Origin: Minutocellus sp. GHC0000111
Taxonomy: Eukaryota
DNA: 64,000 nucleotides
Assembly (NCBI GenBank): GCA_977018835.1
Contig: OZ361257.1
Span: 2,728,001-2,792,000 of the forward strand
Direction: 5' to 3'
Below the pieces are notes generated by a model. The model worked only from the letters and a program-made list of their open reading frames with translations, was not told the DNA's origin and searched no databases. Both the position numbers and the translations under genes were made by a program. Shown here piece by piece: positions 11,315 to 22,223 of the stretch (position 1 is its first letter; each line of letters starts with the position of its first letter).

Positions 11315-13385
11315 CTATTTATTAGAAGGATGACGAGCTGAGGGCTCCATCCCCTTGGCCGTTTCGTTGAAGTCGATCCTAATTCCAGTGTGCAAGTTTT
11401 CGTCACCCAACCTTCCAACAAACTCATTGCTACCACCGGCCTTAATCACCAGGCCCATTATCCTCCAGTACTGAATGAAGGCCGAAGCAATTTTGCAGTT
11501 AGGCATGCTATCGTAAACGTCCTCGGCAGTGTCCCAGATCTGGTAGGAAGAAATGACGGAGGTGCCTACCATTTTTCGTGCCCATTCCGAGTGCCGCCGG
11601 CTCATCGCGGGGAACACGCTCAAGTCAAGGACGTTGGCGTGAGGCATCTGCGGTGCCTGTGGCTGCCACGTCCAGCCTTGCTCAGCACAGAAGTTAGTAA
11701 CAAATTGCGTGAAGGTTCCGTCCTCGTGAGGCCCGGCCTGGTCGCCCTGGACAATAACATGGCAATCTTCGCATTGCTTGCCCGGACCGACAAGGTTGAG
11801 AATCGCTGGGAAAATAGTCTCCTTGAATACGAGGAGCAAAGAGCATTTCGGATCCTTTTTGGTGCCTTCGTTCGATCCAGTAACGCAACAATCAACAAGA
11901 AACGACTCTCCTTTCCGGCGAAGAGGTTCCTTTGGTGTCCCATCGGGGTTGGCATTTGGGCACCGCATTGAACCATCAGGCTGTGATGCTGCTTCGTGCT
12001 GAGCTCGCTCCGCTATTTTAGGAGCTTGAGCTCGTACCAGTGGCAGTTTTACAACCTCGCACCCACTCTCAAGAGAACCGTCAAAGACAGCGGCAACAAA
12101 TGCAATGGCCATGACCTTGTTGATGTGGCTCCTGTGAAAGGCCGCGTAATCTCTCGCTTTTTCACGCCGATTTCCTCGCAAGCCTTCGCAAAAGCTCGGA
12201 GGACGAGACCCCAGAACCATTTCTCATCGCAATGCACGAGGAGAACTCGCTTCTTTCCATTCGGTAAATTGCCGTTCTCATCCCGAATGTTCCAGAAATT
12301 CCGCACGAGCTGAGCAAAGGCCAGATGCTTAGCTTTTTGAGCCTCCGACAGGCGCGGCACCAGCCGCTCCTTGTAGAAAGTGAAGGTGTCGAATGACTTG
12401 AGCCACCGCTCAATCGTCTTGTGCGAGCACCACAGACCAATGTCCTGCTCCAAACCACGGAACGATCGCTGAGGATTGCTGGAAAGGGCCGCAACAATGT
12501 CGTTCTGTGTGTGCGGCTGCCTTGCCAAGCAAGTGCTGCTCCCGCCTCTTCAGCTCCCACAGCTGCTTGTCATCGTCGCTGATGGTGTCGTACTCGGTCA
12601 GGTACGTTTTGAGCAACTCATTGTCAGCCTCCTTCGATACAGAATCATAGCAGTCTTCCTTTGCCTCTCTGCACTCATTGATTGCATGCAGGCGCTTAGC
12701 AGTGAAGTGCTGCTCAGCCGTCTTGTAATTGTCAATGGTAGACTTTGGCCGAACCGACGAATCCTTGGGAGCGGGGGTGACAAATGCAAGCTCGGCCTGA
12801 TCTGCTGGTATGCCCCGGGCAATGGCATTCTTCCGAGACTCGTTCTGGATGTCTCGCAGCCCATTCTTACCCTTCCTTCCCCCACGCTCTGCAGAGCTCA
12901 CGAGCAGTGACCCTCCCATCCGACTGAAACTTCTGCGATGAACTGTTCCTACTTGAGTGCTGCGTCCCTCCGGTGCTCTTCAAATGCACTTCCAGAAGCA
13001 ATCCCTGGGCAAAAAGCATGCTCTTGTCCTCGTCGTTCAATCCCTTCTTGCCTTTGGTTGCTCGATTCGCCTCCTTTCGAAGATGTCCCGGAGATTTTAC
13101 GAGTGAAATTGGACGACGGACGGACCAAATTTTTGTTAGTGTACGTACACGGGTCAACCCCCATAGCTGCTGCGCGGAGTGGCGGCGCCATGCGCGGGCG
13201 AACATTTCTTCCGGGTTCTGTTCCGCTCCGGACTGAAACGAGCAACACGGCAAAAGGGAAAGACACATGTGCCTGGGGTCTGGACGGAGTGACGTTTCCC
13301 TGTCCTGGCTCACGGAAAAGTCCTGCTCTAGACTAGTATCGGGGTCAATGTAGTAGGTCGTCCGGGGATGCGGTACCAGCATCAC
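11315..13385 (-). mobile_element. Frameshifted Tc1/mariner (ITm) transposase, DD38D, related to DD39D plant-mariner type
   Basis: Triad motifs HCDEKWF (12049-12528 frame), IVQGDQAGPH and PHANVLDLSVF (11315-12220 frame). An HTH-like segment SFRGLEQDIGLWCSHKTIERWL lies upstream. At least two frameshifts (~12155, ~12530). The 5' limit is uncertain. Confidence 0.88.
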
Positions 13386-13456
13386 TGCCTAGCTAGCAGA
13401 TCACACGAAGACAAGCCAGACTCGTCTTCTTCTTCTCATGCCTGCCCGTGCGTAAA

Positions 13457-13543
13457 CATTGTACCAAAGTAATTTTATTGCTGATTACTGCTTAGAAGGA
13501 TGTTGTAGACCATAATCAACAATAAAATTACTTTGGTACAATG
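13457..13543. repeat. 31-bp inverted repeat (1 mismatch) with 25-nt spacer; second copy 39237-39323
   Basis: cattgtaccaaagtaattttattgctgatta ... taatcaacaataaaattactttggtacaatg. Confidence 0.92.
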
Positions 13544-14927
13544 GTCTCGGTGCTCTTTTAGCACATGATATAGATACGGTATTAGAGTGTTTCTTTTGGT
13601 ACACTATTGTTTGAAAATTTATTTTTATGTCGTAGAATGGACTTGTGCTGCTTCAAGAAAGAAAAAATACATCAAACTTTATAACGAAACAAAACCCATT
13701 TCGTTCAACGAATGGGGCCACAACATGTGTCGCCGACGTGCCTCCCATTGAGAACAATCAAGACTACGGGGCACCATACCCTTGCAATAGCCTTTCACAA
13801 CACTGTGGTGCAGCAGGAGACTTGCGATTACTTTTTTGAGCCTTGAAAAATTCGTTCGCGTTAGACCCGATTTTTTCGACAGTTTCCGACGTTCCATCAC
13901 GACCATGTTCGCCCGATGTACAGCACCACGCCGGCCATCGCATACACTCTGACCACCTAGATGCCTTCCTGAATATTACTGGAAGGGATTTTTGGGCGAT
14001 AGCGGTGCGTCGGTGCGTGCCTGTACTGCGAAATGTGGCCCAGCGCCATTACCACCCCCATTACACCACCCACCCGAAAGTTGGTCCGGATGCTTTTATG
14101 CGGTCCATGCACCACTTCCGTTGCACTGAGCCGTCGACGCTTCACCCATATATATACCAAGCGCATTTGAGTGGGGGGTGGTGGCATTTCTTGACAATTC
14201 ATAGAGAAAACTATTCCCAAAGTCCCGTGTCTGATGTCGGCACCAGATTTCACCTTCATTGCTTCTGCCGCCCGAGAGGAACGAAACCGGAGAAAGCGGC
14301 CAAACCAACAAGTGAGATCGATGGATGTAATATAGAATGAGCATCGTGCGTGCTGATATTGCGTGAAGGAACAGTGGTTGAGGCTTGAAGGGGGTTGTAG
14401 TTGGGGATTCGCTACTTTCAGATGTTTTTGCTTTCCATGGTGACGGCCACAATGATACAAAGATGGGGCCCAATATCGACCCTCTGGCGCAAACTTGCTC
14501 CCAATATTACCCAAGTGAAAGTAATGCCGGTCAGGGAGGATTGAAATGGATGTAGACAAGCATCAGCCATCATTCTTTGCCATTTTGAGGGTAAAAACAT
14601 ATTGAAAATTTCTGGGCATGAGGAGATGTTGCTAAAATAGCACATGATGTACGAATGAGTTTGCTTTCAAGTATGCAATACTCACCTAACGCATGTAGTT
14701 GGCGTATACATCGGTTGGCTTGGAGTTATTTATCGTTATACCATCATTTGGTGGCCTTCTTGTGGAGATGAATTCTCCTTGCTTTCGTCGCGTTGAGAAA
14801 GGCCATCTAGTGGGTTCATTTTTGCGCTGCATAAAGTATCGCACAAAAAAATTTCTAGTGCCTTACTATTTACGGCGATTTTTGTCGGCGGTCTCGTGGA
14901 ATCACTCAATAAAAACTTTGGTACATG
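13457..14927. mobile_element. Possible non-autonomous TIR element (~1.47 kb); second copy 39237-40707
   Basis: caataaaaactttggtacatg at 14907-14927 is an imperfect inverted copy of the 13457 arm (tgtaccaaagt exact). No recognisable ORF inside and no clear TSD. Confidence 0.4.
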
Positions 14928-15165
14928 TACCGGTACATGTAGTCTACATTATTGATCTTATCCTCAGATGACAATCTGGTAAACGTTTACGTAGATTCTA
15001 CTGACTATACATGTAATAGAATAGAATAGAATGTACCGGTAGATCTACATGTGTACATGTGTACCGGAATAGGTACCGGTAGTCCGGGGCTCAATGAGCC
15101 CCTGCGGTAGTGATAATAAAATGCTGGTGTAATTCTGGAATTTCTAATTCTTACTTGTATTCTTC

Positions 15166-18100
15166 TTATCTTCTCGTTGATGGAATTCTCACAACGAATC
15201 TGTCATCGATGTCCCAGTCCGAGACAGGAAAGTGCCATGCCATTCCTCCGTCTGGACAGGGATTGCCTTGAATCTCTCTACTAAAAAAGTCGGGGGTAGA
15301 GAACCCAATGGATCTATCGACACATTCGTTTCCAACAAAGGCCGTAAAGTTGTAGTTGACAATGTGGGAGCTGTACCATCGTCGAAAGAGCCGTGGCTCC
15401 AGCATTTCCAGCTTGTGGTCGCGCATCTGATCATTACTTACTAGCATTGGTCGCGTGCCGGGCCAACGTCCGTCCTCGTTCTGTGGTGATACATCAATGT
15501 TGGCACCGTTGCGTGAAGCAATCTGATCCGAGACCGAAGCAATCATCCAGTAATAGTCATCCAACAACCTCGGCGGGACGCGATAGAGCATTCCTTTCTC
15601 AATCAGACTGCATTATAAAGGAAGAGGAACGAAATGAGGTAGGTACCCTGTTAGAGACTCTTAAAACGAAAGGTCCAACGCGACCGCAAATCTAACGATG
15701 GAAAAAGTCACTTACCCATCTCGAATATTAATTTCCTCGTCGGTGAGACGCTGCAACTCTCCAGCGAATCCGGTATTGATTTTAAACGAATCAAAGCCAT
15801 ATTTATAGGGCAATACGACCAGAGGATTCTCCTTCAGCTTGATCAAAGCATCGACCACAAATTGGATTTGATGATAGTTGAACCTGCCCTGGTCAAAGTT
15901 TTGCATGTAATATGCTGCATTTGCACCGTCAACGATGGCAGTGAATGGTTCTCCGGTTCGAGTGCTTTCGTTCAAGATGTCATGGCAATTGTCGTGTCAT
16001 TACAAGAGAGAGAGAGAGAGAGAGATTGAACAAAGGCACGAAAAATGGCCCATCGGTGAGTGACGACTAGCGCATACAGAGGGAAAAATCGGCAAAGCAA
16101 AGGGGGGAACAAAATGATACTCACTCGAGCCAATCTGCAAAGCGACTCATTTCTTCAACGGCCCGCCGAGCGTCTTCCTTCTCCTTTTGTTTGTTGCCTC
16201 TAGCAAATTTGGCAGTTTCAGAAGCGGCGAGCTTCGCTAGGCTTGCTCTCAGCTGCTTTCTCTGCTCTTCATCCAGCATAACTAGTCTCAGCCTTGCCTT
16301 CGTCCTTGGACAGACGCCGGTTTCGTGATCTACAGAGATCCGACTTGCAACGACTTCATCATGTTCAGCGACATCATTGAAAACACGCATTCCAGCCAGC
16401 GAATGCATCTCCTGTAAATTTCGCCCTTCGTGTTGATCCTTGAATCCAATAGCAAGAGCATTATACATCTTCCTTGCAGAGGCGGCAGTTATCTCCATGA
16501 TATCTTCTGCCATTTCTGTTACAAGCTCATCGAACAATCCCAGGCCACTTGTCTGGGAATAGCCAAGGTCAGTGGCAATGTCAATCGGCTCCGCATCTTC
16601 GCGGAAGCAGCCGTTCTCCGCAAGGGCTGATATCAGCATTACATAATTCTCTGGCTCCAAATGAACTGTTTCTGTGTTCCTCATCCGCTTAAAGAGTTTG
16701 AGAGCCGAGCTCACCTCCCCACTTTGGCAATACAGGCTCAATATTGGAAGATAAGAACGAAGTCGGACGACCGTACCTTCTTTGGACGCAAATATTTCCA
16801 ACAATTGTTCCGCTCCCTGAGCATCGCCCTTGGATATTAAGCCTTTTACACGAAGCGAGGTGCTATTGTCAGTCGGCTCGTAGAGCATGTCGTGCCAAAG
16901 AGCAACTTCATCTTGGATATTCACACCATCATCTTTCTCCTCCTCCTCCTTTTCTTCAATAGCATCATCCTTGTTAGCACTCTCAGCGTCGTCCATACGT
17001 GTACCCGAAATACCACAAAAAAGCGAGCTGATTGAAGAAAACTTACTTCCCCCTCTGTGACTGTCTCTCCTCGCAAATGTAGAGAGCACTGATCCGCCGG
17101 TACTTACAACGTACAATATAGTGCTCATCAGGTCTTTGTGAGGCATCATTCCAGATTCCTTTATCTTTTCCCACATGACTTCCACAGGGGCCGCCCTGGC
17201 ACGTTTGGCGCAATTGGTCGCCAAGACCTGCACAGCTTTCTCAGCAACTTCATATTGCTCGAGCGTTAGGCAGTCTCTTCGAGAAAAGATGCTCTCTGCT
17301 TTTCTAGTTCGCTCCGGAACCGATGCCCAAATGATTCTTCCTGTCCGTCGCTCATGCCGCACGGCGCTACTGGTTCTGAACTGCAGGCCTGTCTAAGCGT
17401 TGGCAAATCATATGGGATAGTTCTCTGATTATTCAAAAGCCATTTGTAGACAGGACGGAGGAATTCTTGCTTCTCATCTTCTGTGGTATTCTTCATGCCC
17501 CTAGTCCTCATTTGAACAAATCTTTCTCTCTCAAGTTCTTCTCGCATGAGAGTTTCGTACTGCTCGAATGTTTCCTTGTCGTAAGCATTTGGATTCACAG
17601 GTTCCGGTTCGAAATTGGCACCATCGTCTGTTGTATCGAATATCGACCGGGCTCTTTCATTTGGCGGCGCAAGATTATAGTCTCCGGAAAAAATGGAAGC
17701 GCTGGTGCTACTGGGGCCGTCGATGCTGCTAGAAGTACCTCTGCCTCTGTCGCCATTGGTAGAAAATTCGTCTCCGCGTCTACTCGCTTCCCTAGGGCCG
17801 AATGAGGAACGATCTTGGTCAATATCATTTCGTCGTCCTCCGTCGGGGTCGGGGTAGTTGTCCAGCCTGTCAAGTAAGTTGGCCAAGGTCGACCCCATCC
17901 CACCTCGATTCATACTTGTGCCAATCTTGTCGGCCCGGCGCCTTTCAATCAAGTCATCTACCTCATCAAAGAAAGAAACGAACTTCTTTTCCCCTTTTGG
18001 CCGACTTCCTTCCCTTCCTCTTCTTGAACTCAACCGCCGGCCGTCTCTATCTTGGTTGTAGATGCTGCTCAGAGTTGGCCTTTGGTTGTCATTGTTTACA

Positions 18101-18503
18101 GTTGAGTTGTCATCCTCATCCACCAATAGACTGCTCAATGGTGGCATGGGATTACTCTGAGATCTGGCATCATTCTGTCGCTGCCGCTCCCGCTCGTTCC
18201 GGGCGGAGGTTTCTCCCCACAGATCAAGAGGGGACTTGCGCACGGACGTTTCATCCGTCGTGGGTCTACTCCGATATCTATAGTCGACACCATCGTCCGC
18301 AGTTGCAGCAGCCACGTCCTCCCCATTCCTCATGGCTCGCAACGCAGCAGCACTGTCCCGTGGGGTGTGATCGTCACCATCATCAAAAATGGACGAGGAA
18401 AATACTCGTGTTGTCAGAAGCACTTCTGGCTCGCTAGATGACCAGCAGACAAACGTGATCGCAGCACCCGAGATGATGGTGCTCTCAAAGGAAGTCTCAA
18501 CAT
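15166..18503 (-). pseudogene. PRORP: PRORP, L-form copy with all three exons (to 16125; 15964-15716; 15607-15166) but frameshifted in exon 1
   Basis: NYN nuclease motifs IVDGAN, LDDYYW and VSNDQMRDH. Intron 2 (15715-15608, gtaag...tgcag) restores RDG-LIEKGMLYRVP. A 1-bp deletion at ~17270 (ggcagtc versus ggccagtc) splits exon 1. Confidence 0.93.
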
Positions 18504-18859
18504 GTCGTCCGATACACTGCGTCAATAGTACGCCCAATGCACCAGCATACACCCAAGCTATCTGGTTGGCAGATTTGTTGATTTGTTTTACGCACGGACG
18601 GACGGCGACGACGCGGCGGCTCCCCCGCACTCCATTATTTTTTAGTCGAATAAGTCAAGTAAGCAAATCAGTTGGTCTAAGCGCAAGAACAGCGCAAGGA
18701 AAAACATGTGACGCACCACAGTACGTGTTGCAGATGGTGCGTCGTCGCTCAACGAAGTGCTTGTTCTCGCTTTGCTCACATCATATTCTTTCCCGGACCT
18801 TCTCCCTTCCGCTACGTTACTGGCTAGACTAGAGCTATTAGCTGCAACAATAGGAAACC

Positions 18860-20809
18860 ATGACCGAAACATCTGGATTCGACGTCGTAAGTTGCCTGCT
18901 CCTGTATTTCTCTGCGGCCCTTTTCCTACCGGTCGGTGATGTGCCGATGTATCGGTTTTCACGGAAAATCTTTCTTGGATTCTTCTTTTTGTATGATGTG
19001 GTGTGGAACAAAGAGTCTTTGTGGGAGAGAAATGACTTTCTTGTCGCTGAGAGGCTATGGAGATGGTCCGTTTGCGCCAACTAAATGTCCAATGAGCACC
19101 AACTTGGTTGATACAAATCAACACTTGCGCTTGTTCTTTCACAGCGACGAATTGGAATGGATCGGAATAATCGGACGCTAAAGAACAATGCCCTCTATTC
19201 CGAGATTCACCATTCCTGCATTTCTTGGCGATCCGATGGACCGTTCATCTTTCTCCGTATACACTTCAACTATTTATTCTCAATGCACTATACTGATACT
19301 ATATAATTTCCTCTTGTATTTTTCTGTCCGAACGCTCCCAATGATGTGTTGTATTGACTTTGCCAATGCCAATGCCAAATTAATGTCCATGAATCAACTT
19401 CCGCGGTACCATTTCTCAACGGATGGCGATGACAGGACGCCCCGACCCTCAATCGGTTCGTAATGGCCAACACTCGTGATCACGAGCTTGTGATCCTTCT
19501 CAACGCTATCGGTACCTCCTGCAAGCTCATTGCCTCGGCCGTCAAGCGGGCAGGTGTTGCTCAGCTCTATGTCCTTGCAGGTGAGGTGAACAGTACCGGC
19601 GATGACCAGAAGAAGCTCGACGTTATGTCCGATGACATGACGATCAACGCCCTTGTCAACTCTGGAGTTTGCTCCGTCCTCGTTTCTGAAGAGAAGGAGG
19701 AGCCCATCATCGTCCCCAAGGAGAAGGCTGGCAAGTTCTGCGTCGCCTTCGATCCTCTCGACGGATCCAGTAACATTGACTGCAACGTCTCGGTCGGTAC
19801 CATTTTCAGTGTTTTCGAAAAGAAGGAAGGATCCGAGGGAACCGTCGATGATCTTCTCCGGTCTGGGGCTGAATGCGTCTGCGCTGGTTACTGTGTCTAC
19901 AGTTCTGCCGTCGAGCTTGTCTTCACCTTCCAGGGCGGCGGAGTCCACGGCTTCTGCCTCGACCCCGCCATCGGTGAGTTCATCCACACTCGTCTTGTTG
20001 TTCCTGTACTTGTGTCCGCTCTGGCACCAGAGATTCCGGCCGCTCATTTATCTCGAGTGTCAAGGCTTGTCTCTGAAGCTCTCGGGGATAAAGATGTCGG
20101 TGGCGGTACCGATGCCACGATGGATTCCGCTGCTGCAGCACGATACGCCTCAGTAAGGAGTGCTGTGGCAGACTTTAATCGGGACATGCCAGTACCAGCC
20201 AATGAACTCGTCTACGGCGAACTCTCTGTGCCAACCCTTGGAAGAATCTTAGATGCGGTTGGGTTGGAAGAGCAAGAAACATTTTTGGACGTAGGTTCTG
20301 GAGATGGCGCATGCGTTCTTGGGGCGTCCCTTCTATACAATCAAGATGATTCCCTGGTAATACCCAAATGCATTGGGGTAGAGATTGTGCCTGGATTGGT
20401 CGATAGGTCAGAGCACCATGCTGAAAACTTGGCCGACATATTACAAAGAGAGAAGGGGAGTGGCAGCAGCTTGAGGCAAGCACAAGCTCAGGTTGAGTTT
20501 TTACTTGGTGATATTCACGATAGCAGTGATCGGGTGATGTCACGAGTTCTTTCGCAAGCAACGGTTGTGGTATGCTTCGCTACAACATGGTGTGCGAGCA
20601 ATACAGAAACAGGCGACAAAACGTCCTTGCAAGGTCGAAGATTACCTAACCTCTCTCAGGCTCTATCGGCGTTGAAGAGAGGAGCCAGGGTCGTTATAAT
20701 CGATGGCAAATTGAATTCTCGTGATGGCTTTGCTTGGCAAGGAGACTTGCGCATTGTTTGCCCAGATACAGCACCCTACTCTACCGCAACCTTGTACCAT
20801 AAGCAATGA
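18860..20809 (+). CDS. Chimeric FBPase-N / DOT1-like methyltransferase, copy 2
   Basis: Same protein as 4019-5968, with one synonymous SNP (20764). Confidence 0.88.
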
Positions 20810-22223
20810 TTATTTACTGACGGTCCACACATACAGCAATAGAGCTTCACTCATACTTTATTATCGCAGCTTTTTGGTATATATTACAAATCAGCAAAGA
20901 ATGTCACTAGTAGGCGAACAGTAGTATATTACAAATCAGCAAAGAATGTCACTAGTAGGCAGCAAAGAATGTCACTAGTAGCGGCTTTGTAGTATATATA
21001 CACATACTGCAGCAAAGTGAGTCTGCTACGTAGATCACCTACCGGTATGTAGCTACATTTAGGACATGAAAGTACGTACATTAGAACCTGTATGACAAGG
21101 ATGATTGCTAAAATAAGGTCGTCACTCTTTGGTGATAAGTTACAGTCCAGTACTACATAAACTTCACATACCATGTGGCAGGCATGACCTTCAAGTCAGT
21201 TCCGTCACGGCTTTTCCCCGCGTCTCTTCCCTTGTCCATAAGGAGGATGCTTGTTATACAAAATTTCAATGGCTGGATAATTCACTTTCCTAATTCCTTG
21301 ATCCTCGTCTGTCTCCTCGCCCGGCGTCACATCGCTGGAGGAGCATTGGTCCGGCGTGAAGCACATTGCTGAACACACCGAGAGAAGGACTGAGTTGTCG
21401 CCCAATTCTCCACACGCAATCTCACTCCAAAATGAAGAATTTCGTCGGTGATAGTTGTGGCGTGGTCTGCTTCGCCCTCCTAGCTTCTTGGTATTGGTGT
21501 CGCCCTCTACAAAAGTGCGGGCGTCGTCGTCGTCGTCGTCGTCATTGTCGTCATTGTCGTCAATGGTGAGCGAATCTCCACAGAATACATGTATGGTCGA
21601 TGGGAAGGATCGACAGGAAGACTCGTCGTAAGGGTCCTCTGGTGCCCTAAGGCGCGATTCCACGTAGTCTTTCCACATTGAGACTCAACTGTCACACGCA
21701 ACAAGTAGACGGGATTCTTGTTTATTGCTACGTACTAGTAGCTTTTGATCGGATGTAGCCGAAACAGTGGAGCACTTCGCGTGTTGCTCGCAATCAATTA
21801 ATTTGCTGAGGAAATGATCACTGAGCAGAGAGTGAAAATGGATAGCCAAATAGCACGTGCGTGTGAGGCCACTTGCTGGTCATTGTGCTAACCTTCCAGG
21901 AGCTACTCCTAGCTACGTAGCTAGATACGAGAGTATGCAAGCTGCGCCATTGGCGGCTTTCGACTATGAAAGATCAAAGCACAAGATTCACTCGATTCAT
22001 CAAAGATGCGCGCAAGCACCGAGCGCATCTTTGAAAAATGGCCCAACAACCAGGAGATTGGTAGAAACCTCTGAAATGAATGACGAATCGAATGAATCGA
22101 ATCGAATGAATCGAATCGAATGAATCGAATCGAATGAATCGAATGAATCGAATGAATCGAATCGAATGAATCGAATGAATCATCGAATGAATCGAATGAA
22201 TCATCGAATGAATCGAATCGAAT

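Noticed and set aside
9846..13399. cctagctagcag direct repeat (9846, 13388) as a TSD, and tacgaggtccggg (9880) as the mariner TIR
   Set aside because: Mariner TSDs are TA, ctagctag motifs recur locally, and no convincing inverted partner of the 9880 sequence was found.
13645..14971. Short ORFs inside the putative TIR element
   Set aside because: Mostly non-ATG starts, no recognisable motifs, and a composition typical of non-coding DNA.
15086..15112. Helitron 3' end (hairpin plus CTRR) explaining the array
   Set aside because: No canonical CTRR at the expected distance on either strand, and no Rep/helicase sequence in the unit.
17266..18630. 454-aa and 413-aa ORFs as two separate genes
   Set aside because: They are the two halves of PRORP exon 1 split by a 1-bp deletion, and are contiguous in S copies.
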